The notes beneath the pieces are model-generated. The model saw nothing but the letters and a program-made list of their open reading frames with translations, was not told the origin of the DNA and ran no database searches. Position numbers and translations under genes: made by a program. 64,000 nucleotides of DNA from positions 4,475 to 68,474 of the forward strand of contig JACONK010000026.1 in NCBI GenBank assembly GCA_014323795.1, given 5' to 3'. The stretch's first letter is position 1, and the number at the start of each line of letters is the position of its first letter. This stretch comes from Paracoccaceae bacterium. Its GTDB lineage: Bacteria; Pseudomonadota; Alphaproteobacteria; Rhodobacterales; Rhodobacteraceae. Positions 53,025-63,296 of this stretch are shown here, piece by piece.

Positions 53025-54026
53025 ATGATCCAAACCCCGTACCTTCTGTTTCTGGGCGACGCGCCCGATGCGCTTGCCGCCAAAGTGGCGCAAGGCATCA
53101 GGGACTTTCGTCCCGCCGCATCGCTCGGCCAATTGCGGCTGGATGCCTGCAACGCGGACATGGGGCTGATCGACATGACAGTGGCAGAGGCTGCTGCCGC
53201 AGGTTGCAAAACAATGGTGATTGGCGTGGCGAACTGTGGCGGTGTGATCTCCGCTACCTGGAAAGATGTGATGGTTGAGGCACTTGATGCGGGTATGGAT
53301 CTTGCCGCCGGCCTGCACAATCTTCTGCGCGATGAGCCGGATCTTGTGGAAGCTGCCCGGCGCAGTGGCCGTGTGCTCCACGATGTGCGGGTTCCTACCG
53401 TTCAATACCCGATTGCCAACGGCAAAAAGCGCATAGGCAAGCGCTGCCTTGCAGTCGGCACGGATTGTTCTGTCGGCAAGATGTATACGGCCATGGCCAT
53501 GGATCGGGAAATGCGGAAGCGTGGCATGAAATCCACTTTCCGTGCCACGGGACAGACCGGTATCCTCATCGAAGGGGATGGCGTCCCGCTTGATGCAGTG
53601 GTCGCGGACTTCATGGCAGGTTCAGTTGAATGGCTGACGCCGGATAATGACCCGGACCACTGGGATTTGATTGAGGGGCAAGGCTCCCTGTTCCACATCA
53701 GTTATTCTGGTGTGGCCATGGCTCTCGTGCACGGCGGACAGCCGGATGCGCTGATCCTGTGTCATGAACCGACCCGCACCCACATGCGCGGGTTGCCGGA
53801 ATACCGGCAGCCGAGCCTTGCAACCCTGCGCGATACTGCGCTGCCGCTGGCCCGGGTCGCTAATCCGGCCTGTAAGGTGCTTGGTATTTCGATCAACACC
53901 AGGCATATGTCCGGGGAAGATGCCAACGCCTGTCTGGCGGAAGTTGAGGCGGAAATGGGCTTGCCGACGGTCGATCCGTTCCGTCACGGCCCTGGTCGGT
54001 TGATTGACGCGCTGGCTGAGGTGTAA
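53025..54026 (+). CDS. dgcN: DUF1611 family D-glutamate N-acetyltransferase
   Basis: VGTDCSVGKMYT, ATGQTG, IEGQGSL; adjacent to an enolase-family epimerase. Confidence 0.85.
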   Translation: MIQTPYLLFLGDAPDALAAKVAQGIRDFRPAASLGQLRLDACNADMGLIDMTVAEAAAAGCKTMVIGVANCGGVISATWKDVMVEALDAGMDLAAGLHNLLRDEPDLVEAARRSGRVLHDVRVPTVQYPIANGKKRIGKRCLAVGTDCSVGKMYTAMAMDREMRKRGMKSTFRATGQTGILIEGDGVPLDAVVADFMAGSVEWLTPDNDPDHWDLIEGQGSLFHISYSGVAMALVHGGQPDALILCHEPTRTHMRGLPEYRQPSLATLRDTALPLARVANPACKVLGISINTRHMSGEDANACLAEVEAEMGLPTVDPFRHGPGRLIDALAEV

Positions 54027-54107
54027 AGATACAGGTGTATCGGGCCTAATCCGGTATATCTGACAAACAGGCAGGAGGCCCGGGTCACACCCGGGGGTGC
54101 GGAGCAT

Positions 54108-55076
54108 ATGAAATGCAACGTTACCGCGGATACCTTCCCGCTTGCCCGGGTTTTTACCATAGCACACGGTTCAAGGACAGAAGCCCGGGTGCTGACCGTG
54201 CGGCTGGATGGCGGTGAAGCCTTGGGATGGGGCGAATGTGTGCCTTATGCCCGATACGGCGAAACGCTGGAAAGCGTGACCGGGCAGATCCAGGAGCTGC
54301 CCGACCAATTTGATCGCCATGCGCTTTACGATCTGCTGCCCGCCGGTGCCGCACGCAACGCTGTGGACTGCGCGTTGTGGGATCTGGAAGCCAAACGCAC
54401 CCGGATCCCTGTGTGGAAGCGCGCCGGGATCACCCGCCCGAAGCCGGAGGTGACAGCATACACCCTGTCGCTCGCCGATCCCGCCGCGATGCAAAAACAG
54501 GCGGTGGAGAATGCCCATCGCCCGCTTTTGAAAACCAAACTTGGCGGAGGCGAAGAAGACGTGGCCCGCATCGAGGCCGTGCGCAAAGGTGCACCCGGCG
54601 CACGGATCATCGTTGACGCGAATGAAGGCTGGACGCCGGAACTCTATAAAACGCTCGCGCCTGTGCTCGTGCGGCTGGGCGTGGAGATGGTTGAACAACC
54701 GCTCCCCGCCGGCGAAGATGACGCGCTTTTGGAACTTGACCATGTTTTGCCCGTCTGTGCGGACGAAAGCTGTCATGACAGGGACAGCCTGCCGGGACTG
54801 AAAGGCAAATACAACATCGTTAACATCAAACTTGATAAGACCGGTGGTCTGACGGAGGCACTGGCACTCCGTACTGCCGCACGGGAGGCGGGCTATGGCG
54901 TCATGGTCGGTTGTATGGTCGGGTCGTCCCTTGCCATTGCTCCGGCGACGCTGGTGGCACAAGGTGCACTGTTCACCGACCTCGATGGGCCGCTCCTGCT
55001 CGCCGAAGACCGCGTTCCGCCCATTACTTTTGACGATGCGGGCATCCACCCGCCTGATGCGGCACTCTGGGGTTGA
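54108..55076 (+). CDS. dgcA: N-acetyl-D-Glu racemase / L-Ala-D/L-Glu epimerase family
   Basis: GECVPYARYGE, KTKLG, VDANEGW, EQP, ADES, KLDKTGG, DLDG. Confidence 0.85.
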   Translation: MKCNVTADTFPLARVFTIAHGSRTEARVLTVRLDGGEALGWGECVPYARYGETLESVTGQIQELPDQFDRHALYDLLPAGAARNAVDCALWDLEAKRTRIPVWKRAGITRPKPEVTAYTLSLADPAAMQKQAVENAHRPLLKTKLGGGEEDVARIEAVRKGAPGARIIVDANEGWTPELYKTLAPVLVRLGVEMVEQPLPAGEDDALLELDHVLPVCADESCHDRDSLPGLKGKYNIVNIKLDKTGGLTEALALRTAAREAGYGVMVGCMVGSSLAIAPATLVAQGALFTDLDGPLLLAEDRVPPITFDDAGIHPPDAALWG

Positions 55077-55231
55077 ACTATGGGCCGTGCAGCAGGCGTT
55101 CGATATCCGGCCTGCCAGATGGGCCCATTACCCGGAAGGGGGTGAATCGGTGCTGTCAGATTCAGCCGCCGTAAACACCGATAATACCCGCCCCCCGTTG
55201 ACGCCGCGGCCCGGGCGGGTATCAGGGGGCC

Positions 55232-56605
55232 ATGGCCCCATCCGCCCCAGCTTTTGTCTGTTCCGCCTGCGGCAGTGCCCGCCAGAAGTGGGCGGGCCGC
55301 TGCGATGCCTGCGGGGAATGGAACACCATTGTGGCGGAAACCCCGCTCGGCACAGGGCCGTCGGGCAAATCGCCGGGCACCGCAAAGGGGCGCAAGGTGG
55401 CCCTGTCAGACCTGGCAGAAGAAGATCACCCGCTGCCCCGGCACCTGGTCGGCATCGGCGAATTTGACCGTGTGCTGGGCGGTGGTCTGGTGCCTGCCTC
55501 CGCCGTGCTTGTGTGCGGTGATCCCGGCATTGGTAAATCCACGCTCCAGCTGCAGGTCGCCGCCCGCTTTGCCCTGGCAGGCCACCGCACGATCTATATT
55601 TCCGGCGAGGAGGCCTCCGCCCAGGTGCGTATGCGTGCGCAGCGGCTGGGGCTGGCCGGGGCACCGCTCCGCCTTGCGGCGGCGACTGGCCTGCGCGATA
55701 TCCTGATGACGCTGGAGGCGGAAAAGCCCGAGCTCGTGATTATCGATTCTGTCCAGACCCTGTGGGCAGACACGGTTGACAGCGCACCCGGTTCTGTGGC
55801 GCAGGTGCGTGCGGTCGCCCATGAACTTGTCACCTTTGCCAAACGCCGGGGGGTGGCGGTGATACTCGTGGGTCATGTCACAAAGGACGGTCAGATCGCG
55901 GGGCCCCGTGTGGTGGAACATATGGTTGATACCGTGCTTTATTTTGAAGGCGAACGGGGGCACCAGTTCCGCATCCTGCGGTCGGTCAAAAACCGCTTCG
56001 GCCCAGCGGACGAAATCGGGGTTTTTGAGATGACAGGCACAGGGCTTGCCGAGGTACGTAACCCCTCTGCCCTGTTCCTGTCGGAACGGGGCGAGATCTC
56101 CCCCGGGTCGGTTGTTTTTGCCGGGATCGAGGGCACGCGCCCGCTGTTGATGGAAATCCAGGCCCTGGTTGCGGTATCACAGCTTGCCAATGCCCGCCGG
56201 ACGGTTGTGGGCTGGGACAGCAGCCGCCTGGCCACGATTCTGGCGGTGCTGGAGGCCCGCTGCGGCCTTACATTTTCCGGCATGGACGTCTATCTGAACG
56301 TTGCCGGCGGGCTGCGGATATCGGAACCGGCCGCCGACCTGGCCGTTGCAGCCGCGCTTTTATCAGCGCGCCAGGACAGGGCACTGCCTGCCGATTGCGT
56401 TGTTTTTGGCGAAATCAGTCTGTCCGGCGCGTTGCGCCCCATCGCCCAGGCTGAAACCCGCCTGCGGGAGGCCGCAAAACTGGGATTTTCACAGGCGTTC
56501 GCGCCGGCGGGCAAATCGGGCACCGGCGCACAGACAATAGCTGTGCATCAGGCCCGTCATCTGGGTGGTTTTATCCAAACCGCATTCGGTGATATCGTAA
56601 CATAA
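55232..56605 (+). CDS. radA: DNA repair protein RadA/Sms
   Basis: CSACG..CDACG zinc finger, GDPGIGKST, KNRFG. Confidence 0.96.
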   Translation: MAPSAPAFVCSACGSARQKWAGRCDACGEWNTIVAETPLGTGPSGKSPGTAKGRKVALSDLAEEDHPLPRHLVGIGEFDRVLGGGLVPASAVLVCGDPGIGKSTLQLQVAARFALAGHRTIYISGEEASAQVRMRAQRLGLAGAPLRLAAATGLRDILMTLEAEKPELVIIDSVQTLWADTVDSAPGSVAQVRAVAHELVTFAKRRGVAVILVGHVTKDGQIAGPRVVEHMVDTVLYFEGERGHQFRILRSVKNRFGPADEIGVFEMTGTGLAEVRNPSALFLSERGEISPGSVVFAGIEGTRPLLMEIQALVAVSQLANARRTVVGWDSSRLATILAVLEARCGLTFSGMDVYLNVAGGLRISEPAADLAVAAALLSARQDRALPADCVVFGEISLSGALRPIAQAETRLREAAKLGFSQAFAPAGKSGTGAQTIAVHQARHLGGFIQTAFGDIVT

Positions 56606-56634
56606 GCCGAAAAACCCGGGGAAAGGGGCAGTGC

Positions 56635-57219
56635 ATGGAAGGCTTTACATACGTTGACGGCGGGGTAGCAGTGGTTATCCTGGTATCGGCCATTCTTGCT
56701 TACGCACGGGGGCTGTTGCGGGAAATCCTGTCGATTGCGGGCTGGGTGCTGGCAACCGTTGCAGCCTATAGCCTGACCCCGGCGGCGGAACCGCTGGTGC
56801 GTGAAATCCCGGTTATACGCGATATTATCACGCAATCCTGCGCCTTGTCGCGGGTCACTGCCTTTGCGGTGGTTTTTGCCTTGGCCCTGATCGTTGCCTC
56901 TGTCTTCACGACGCTCCTTTCGGGCATGGTTCAGCACTCTGCCCTCGGCGGGATTGACCAGGGGCTTGGCTTGCTCTTCGGTGTGGCCCGCGGGGTGCTG
57001 CTTGTCCTGATTGCGCTGATCCTTTATGACTCGATATTCCCGGAAGGGAAGCGTCTGGCCTGGGTGGAGCAATCCCTGTCCCGCGAAATCCTGAACGGCA
57101 GCCAGACCCGCCTGGCAGAGATGCTGCCGACCGAGGTGCCGCCATGGCTGGAGGATCGGTATGAGGCATTCTTCGATGCCTGCGGCCAGCCGGAAGGTGG
57201 CCCCGGGGGCGAAACATGA
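56635..57219 (+). CDS. cvpA: CvpA (colicin V production) family membrane protein
   Basis: ARGLLREILS, DQGLGLLFGVARG; upstream of purF. Confidence 0.9.
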   Translation: MEGFTYVDGGVAVVILVSAILAYARGLLREILSIAGWVLATVAAYSLTPAAEPLVREIPVIRDIITQSCALSRVTAFAVVFALALIVASVFTTLLSGMVQHSALGGIDQGLGLLFGVARGVLLVLIALILYDSIFPEGKRLAWVEQSLSREILNGSQTRLAEMLPTEVPPWLEDRYEAFFDACGQPEGGPGGET

Positions 57220-57257
57220 TCGCCGCACCGGCACCAACCCTTCCAACAGTGACTCGA

Positions 57258-57592
57258 TTAAGATTCCGCACACACCCGTGCACGGGATTCTATGGCGACC
57301 AGCCTGCCTTTGGCACCAGCCAGTTCACCATCCACTTCACTCCCTACCATTGACCCCAAAGGGAGCCATATTAAGAGGACACCGACAGTATCCGCAGTCC
57401 GGACACCGCGTTGCTGGCTCTCCAGCCTGTCCACTTCAGCACGAACCCGTGCAAGTTCAACCGGAACCCGGTTACACGGCAGGGTACCATACACGTCACC
57501 CACATAAGCCGGGGCAATGGCGGCGGGGGGGAGGCACACCCGGCCACCACGAGCCCTGCCACAGCGACAGCAGGCCATGTTTTCAGTTTCAT
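57258..57592 (-). pseudogene. Small lipoprotein frameshifted in a C7 run (C8 gives an intact 111-aa protein)
   Basis: MKLKTWPAVAVAGLVVAGC lipobox in one frame; PAAIAPAYV...DTVGVLLIWLP...AKG in the next; G7 at 57525-57531 on +. Confidence 0.75.
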
Positions 57593-57918
57593 TTTTATTC
57601 CTTCCGTATAGATGCCGGGAGCGAACCAGCAGAATCTCACAACATTTAGGCCACATTCTCCCGCATTCACAAGCCCATTGCAAGACCTGAATCATTCACC
57701 CCCCTTCGCAGTCCGGGGCATATCCGGGCTCAACCATACACTCAAACAGCCATATATAGTGATCGCCGGCTCACATGCCCGCCACAGTGAACCGGCTGGC
57801 CGCTGACAGGCCGGGCCCGGGCGGCCCCGAATGCCGTATATCCGCTGTGGCTGGTGGACTCCGCCATCGGTGTGGCCTATAAGCCGGGCTTCGGATTACG
57901 CTGCCGGGAACCTGACCA

Positions 57919-59394
57919 ATGCTTGCAGATCAGCCGCCGTTTTCTGGTGCCCCGCCCGATCACGATAAAATCAGGGATGAATGCGGGGTTTTCGGCATCA
58001 TCGGCCTGGCCGATGCGGCCAACTACGTGGCACTTGGCCTGCATGCGTTGCAGCATCGCGGGCAGGAGGCCGCAGGGATTGTGGCCCATGACGGGGATCA
58101 TGGTTTCAACTCCGCCCGGCGCTTTGGCTACGTGCGCGACAACTTCACCTCTGTCTCCACGATGAAGACCCTGCCCGGGACGCTTGCCATCGGGCATGTG
58201 CGCTATTCCACCGCCGGGTCAAAGGGGTACACGGCCATCCGCGACGTGCAGCCGTTTTTCGGGGAGTTCGCCATGGGCGGGGCGGCGATTGCCCATAACG
58301 GCAATATCACCAACGCCAGGGAGCTGCGGCGCGGCCTGATTGAACGCGGCGCGATCTTTCAAAGCTCGTCCGATACCGAATGTATTATTCATCTGATGGC
58401 CCGCTCCATGGGCCGGACCATCCCTGACCGGATGAAAGAGGCCCTGCGCCAGGTCGAGGGCGCGTTTTCCGTGGTTGCCATGACCCGATCAAAGCTGATC
58501 GGCCTGCGCGATCCCTTGGGCATCCGCCCGCTGGTGCTGGGCCAGATGGGGGGCGCACATATCCTGGCGTCTGAGACATGCGCGCTCGACATAATCGGTG
58601 CCGGGTTCATGCGCCAGGTTGACCCCGGCGAAATGGTGGTGATCAATGCCGATGGCCGGATCGACAGCTACCGCCCGTTCGAACCGCAAAAGCCCCGGCC
58701 CTGTATTTTTGAGTTCGTCTATTTCAGCCGTCCCGACAGCGTGATTGACGGCAAATCGGTTTATGAGGTGCGCCGCAACATTGGCAGGGAATTGGCCCGC
58801 GAAGCCCCGGTTGTGGCGGATATGGTCTGCCCCATACCGGACAGCGGCACCCCTGCGGCCATCGGCTACAGCCAGGAAAGCGGCATCCTGTTTGAGATGG
58901 GGATCGTGCGCAACCAGTACGTGGGCCGAACCTTTATTGAGCCGACGGAACAGATCCGCAACATGGGCGTGCGGCTGAAGCTGAACGTGAACCGGTCGCT
59001 GCTGCGCGGCAAGCGGGTGATCCTGGTGGACGACAGCGTGGTGCGCGGCACCACCAGCCGCAAGATCAAGGATATGGTGGTGGAAGCGGGTGCGCGGGAG
59101 GTGCACTTTCGCGTGGCTTCCCCGCCGACCCTCTGGCCGGATTTCTATGGTGTGGACATGCCCGACCGGGATGAGCTTCTGGCGGCTCATATGTCGGAAG
59201 AGGAAATGCGGGAGTACCTGGGCGTGGCCTCGCTCCGGTTTGTTTCTATTGACGGGCTTTACCGCGCGATGGGTGAACAAGGCGGCCGCGACCCGCAAAA
59301 CCCCGCCTACCACGACGCGGTCTTTACCGGGGATTACCCGGTGCCACCGGCCGATATGATGGAACGGGGATTCCGGCTGAAAGCGGCGGAATAA
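57919..59394 (+). CDS. purF: Amidophosphoribosyltransferase
   Basis: ECGVFG, QHRGQE, GHVRYST, HNGN, VDDSVVRGTT. Confidence 0.96.
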   Translation: MLADQPPFSGAPPDHDKIRDECGVFGIIGLADAANYVALGLHALQHRGQEAAGIVAHDGDHGFNSARRFGYVRDNFTSVSTMKTLPGTLAIGHVRYSTAGSKGYTAIRDVQPFFGEFAMGGAAIAHNGNITNARELRRGLIERGAIFQSSSDTECIIHLMARSMGRTIPDRMKEALRQVEGAFSVVAMTRSKLIGLRDPLGIRPLVLGQMGGAHILASETCALDIIGAGFMRQVDPGEMVVINADGRIDSYRPFEPQKPRPCIFEFVYFSRPDSVIDGKSVYEVRRNIGRELAREAPVVADMVCPIPDSGTPAAIGYSQESGILFEMGIVRNQYVGRTFIEPTEQIRNMGVRLKLNVNRSLLRGKRVILVDDSVVRGTTSRKIKDMVVEAGAREVHFRVASPPTLWPDFYGVDMPDRDELLAAHMSEEEMREYLGVASLRFVSIDGLYRAMGEQGGRDPQNPAYHDAVFTGDYPVPPADMMERGFRLKAAE

Positions 59395-59699
59395 CACAGG
59401 CCCGGGCAATTTTCGGGCCACCCAAGGGGTGCCGGTGTGGCGGCGATATTCACCAGGTGTAGCTTAGGCCGGGCAGGTGTGTCTCGGATCGCATCATGTG
59501 CAGGTGGCGCAGGTATTTGTGCGCATCGGAAAATCCGGCACCCTACACCCCCCAGGCTTATCGCTGTGAAAGACTTGGCGATACGCTCGACCAGCTGATT
59601 TTTGCCGTTAATTTCCGGCGCAATATCACACGGGGCCACTGGCTGGCGCGGATGACCCGGCGGGCCTGCACTGGCCGGGGAAAGGGTCCGGGCGCGGGC

Positions 59700-60068
59700 T
59701 CAGCCCGTGCCGTAAAATGCCTCTTTTACGATCCTGCCGTCGGCCACGTGGTAAATCGCAACCTCCCGCACGGGCATGCGCCGGCCCGAATTTTTCTCTG
59801 TCGCATCGATTGCGAAGATAACGGCGAATTGGTCCGTGCCGTGCAGAAACGGGCCCTCCACTTCCGCGCTGTGAACCTCAAAATTCGCGTCCCACCAGGC
59901 GTGTTTGCCGCGAATGCCGTCCACGCCTTTCGTTTCACGCCCGGTGCCGCTGAAATCAGCCGCCTCAACCGAAACGGCATCGGGGTGATAAAGGGCGTCA
60001 AGGTTTGCGTCCTCCTGCCCGGTCCTGCAGCCGTCAACCAGTTTTTCCGCGATTTCTTCAAGTGTCAT
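59700..60068 (-). CDS. SnoaL-like / NTF2 family protein
   Basis: LYHPDAVSVEA, GIRGKHAWW, EVAIYHVADGRIVKEAF. Confidence 0.8.
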   Translation of the reverse strand: MTLEEIAEKLVDGCRTGQEDANLDALYHPDAVSVEAADFSGTGRETKGVDGIRGKHAWWDANFEVHSAEVEGPFLHGTDQFAVIFAIDATEKNSGRRMPVREVAIYHVADGRIVKEAFYGTG

Positions 60069-60262
60069 GGAACCTTTGCCTCCGTTCAGATATTTCCTGT
60101 GCACCCCTTACCGTACCACATCCGGGCAAAGGCGGCAAGTGCCGCTGGAAATCCGCGGTTTTGACGGGCACCAGGTGCGGGCCGAACCCGGCTGGTGCAG
60201 GGTGCCCGGGCGGCTGGTGGCACCGCGGGATTGGGGCAGGCCCTTTCATCGGTATCAGGAGG

Positions 60263-60802
60263 TCATGCCGGGCGTATCTCTGCCTGTTTTATTCTGAAGT
60301 CGGGCTCCCGTTTTATTTTGAAGTCGAGCTCCCGGTAGAGCTCAAAATCATCAATGCACCTGATGCCAAGATCGGCGCATGCATCGGGAAGCTTTGTTGC
60401 CCCAAGGCGTTTGCTCGGCCCTGATTTTTCCCGCGTCACAACAGTTCGGTTTCGTCGGTCGGCAAGCGCATAATCGATAAGAACAGGATCCTTGCCACAT
60501 TTCTCGAGCTCAATGTCATTAAACGCCGGATCAGCCCCCTGATACCCACCCTGGATCACCTGTTGCACCAGTTCGGGTTTCGCCGCTTCATCCAGGATAA
60601 GGGCAGATTTCACGTCAGGATCTTTGATCCACTCTACATGAGGCCCGTCACCGGTGAACTCCTGGTGGATTTCCCTTGGCATTTTGATCACTCCGGCATC
60701 AGCCTGCGCATGAAGCCAATCCCAAAAGGGCCTGATCCTGTCGACAGGATAAAAGGTTTCATGCGCCTCTATCAGCGTGTTTGCGTCCAGCAGATACATC
60801 AT
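60263..60802 (-). CDS. DUF4411 family PIN-like protein
   Basis: YLLDANTLI, FWDWL, DPVLIDYA, VVTRE, KLPDAC. Confidence 0.85.
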   Translation of the reverse strand: MMYLLDANTLIEAHETFYPVDRIRPFWDWLHAQADAGVIKMPREIHQEFTGDGPHVEWIKDPDVKSALILDEAAKPELVQQVIQGGYQGADPAFNDIELEKCGKDPVLIDYALADRRNRTVVTREKSGPSKRLGATKLPDACADLGIRCIDDFELYRELDFKIKREPDFRIKQAEIRPA

Positions 60803-62049
60803 GCCCGGTGGCCGTCGCGCTGCCTCTGTTTCCGCCTGGCCTTTTCCACAAAGTCAAAAAAAGCGCGGGACCGTGACAGCCTTCATACCAAGCAGACGCG
60901 CCGCGGCCGTGTGGGTCAGGCTACGGTCCTGAAAGGCGCGGTGCACGACATCCACCAAAGCCTGGCCCAGGGCATGGTGCCTAGTCACGTGCCAGGACGG
61001 CCCGCCCTCATTTTCTTTTTGCCTGGCTTTTCCTTTTTTGACCTCTTCCAGCCAGCGTTTGCGATACCGCTCGCACAAGGTCTGGTAGGCAGCCGCCGAT
61101 AGTGCACCCGTTCTTCGGAAGTGCCAGGCGACCATTGGTGCGCTGACCGCCCATTGGCGGGCGACCCGTTCAATGCAGGTGTGCGCCGCTTCAATGTCAT
61201 CGGGGTCAAAGTGATCCCCCGCCTCCCTGAACTGCCCTTCCGGCAACAGGAATGCGCCCGCAACATCATTGCAGAATTGTTCAACCCTGGCCGTTTCAGT
61301 CTTTGGCGATGCGGTTGAAAAATCGCCGCTCACCCCCGTCTGGCCAAGCCAGATGTGCGCCAGTTCGTGGATTAGCGTGAAAGCGCGGGCAGGGCGCGCA
61401 TCATGTGCGTTGATCACCACGAATGGCGCAACCGGGTCCGCAATTGCAAACCCGCGGAAAACATCGGCCCCGATCCTCGACGTGTAATGGCCCAAATCCC
61501 CGAGGACAAGAACAAAAACACCGGCCTCTTCCGCCGCCCGCCGCAGCTGTGCGAACAATTTATCCGGACCACCCCTGCGCAGGGAAACATCCGTATGATT
61601 AAAGCTCAGCGTATCGGCGATCCGCCGAACAAGTTTGCCAACCCCAAGCCCCGGTTTTGCCGACCCCGCAAAGCCCGGGGCCCTGAAATCCTCTTCATCA
61701 AGAAGAAGATCGCGCAGCAGTTCCTGTCTGGCCTTCACATCCCGCAAAAGCGTGTCCAGCATCCCGTTTTCACGGGTTCCGCGGGCGTCCGGCGTTTGCC
61801 GAAAATCCTGCCCCCGCTGCCCGGTTTTGCCAGATAGAAAGTGGCCAACGGGCGTTTGTAGACGCGGGCACATGTGGCCAGCTGCGTTTGCGTGGGCTGC
61901 TTCTCTCCCGCTTCCAGCACCTCTAATTTCTCTTTGGCGGAACTCAGTGCCGAATCGTGCAAACCCAATTTGTGCGCAGCCTCATCAACATCAAATCCGG
62001 CGGTTTGACGCGCCTGGACAAGAATATCCGGATTGACTGCGATGCCCAT
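60799..62049 (-). pseudogene. XRE-HTH + ImmA/IrrE (COG2856-type) metallopeptidase, split by frameshifts
   Basis: N-terminal HTH ORF 61735-62049; peptidase ORF 60854-61873 with FRGFAI and HELAH; shift at ~61818 and at T7 (60856-60862). Confidence 0.8.
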
Positions 62050-62228
62050 GGTTTGCCTCTGCCTGAGGAAATTTGGTGATAGAAATCCGGGCCGGATGTG
62101 TCAATCAGCCGGGATGCCAGGGTCAATGGCCTTCCGGAACACGGTTTCCATCTGCATCTCGAGGAAACAGAAAATGATACAATCACAAGGCTTCCGCCGC
62201 ACCCGATCTATTGATAGAATATCTGTCA

Positions 62229-62238
62229 CCCCCCCCCC
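62229..62238 (+). repeat. C10 homopolymer in the loop of a CTGTC/GACAG hairpin
   Basis: ATCTGTCA-C10-AGACAGGT, between TAGAAT (62215-62220) and the resolvase ATG. Confidence 0.8.
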
Positions 62239-62255
62239 AGACAGGTATGACCCTT

Positions 62256-62372
62256 ATGAAAACCGGATATGCACGAGATTCCACTGAAGAACAAGGACTT
62301 GATCTGCAAACCGAGGTGCTGACCAAGGCTGGCCCCAGCCTGACCCGGTGTGCGCTTGCCGCGAGTGGATGA
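62256..62372 (+). pseudogene. Serine recombinase (resolvase/invertase) N-terminal stub
   Basis: MKTGYARDSTEEQGLDLQTEVLTKAG resembles the GYARVS..Q.L..Q..L motif; stops after 38 codons. Confidence 0.75.
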
Positions 62373-63296
62373 TGGACGAGATTCAGCACTACTGCTACCA
62401 GCTCATGTTCAGAAACGCTTTCCTCGAAAAACAGGGGCAGGCGTTTGAGGATATGTTTTCCCGGATCATGGGCCATGCTTTTTCGGAAGACTTTCAACCG
62501 GTGCGTCCTTACGGCAACAAGGGTGATTTGAAGTGCGATGGATACCGCGCCAGCGACAAGACCGTTTTTCAGTGCTACGCCCCCCGCACCATGAAACTCG
62601 CCGGGCTGAAGGCAAAGATCGATGCCGATTTCAGATGCCGATTTCAACGGTGCCGTCGGCCATTGGGGCAACCGGATGGAGCGGTGGATTTTCGTTCACA
62701 ACGATGAAACCGGCCCGCCTGCCGAGGCGATACAGCAACTGGACGAGATTAACACCGCACACCCGAACGTAAGCCTTGGCCAGTGGGGGTACGCCGAGCT
62801 CTTCAAAATTGTCATGGAACTGGGCTTGCCACAGCTCGCTGGCCTGTTCGGGCGGGTACCCACGCAGGAAACGTTTGCGGAACTTGGCTTTCAGCAGCTA
62901 CAACCGGTGATTAACTCGATCCGGCGTATGCAACCCGACAGGAACCACCTGATAACGGCACCGTCGCCGGCGAAACTCCAGGCCAACGACCTGTCCGATG
63001 CGACGGCCGGTCTTCTTCGTGTGGGGCGCCGGAAGGAACAACTTGTTGAGCACTTCCCGAACCAATACCCCGACCCTGCCTTTGGTAAAGAGATCGCCCA
63101 GGGTTTCCGGAATCGCTATCAGACCCTTCGGGACGAGGGGCTCAAACCCGAGAAAATCTTTGAAAAGTTGCAGCAGTTCGCCGGTGGCATGACCGGCACC
63201 CCCGAACGGCAGGCGGCGGTTATGGCCATTATGTCGTATTTCTTCGAACGCTGCGATATTTTTGAGGACCAGGTTGTGGGGAATACCACAGCATGA
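62369..63296 (+). pseudogene. ABC three-component (Lamassu-like, LmuA-type) effector with predicted nuclease domain, frameshifted by a 13-bp duplication
   Basis: FEDMF...GDLKCDGY...FQCYAP N-terminus and YFFERCDIFE C-terminal motif; removing one repeat gives a 304-aa ORF. Confidence 0.78.
62621..62646 (+). repeat. Exact 13-bp tandem duplication GATGCCGATTTCA x2
   Basis: Read directly at 62621-62633 and 62634-62646. Confidence 0.97.
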
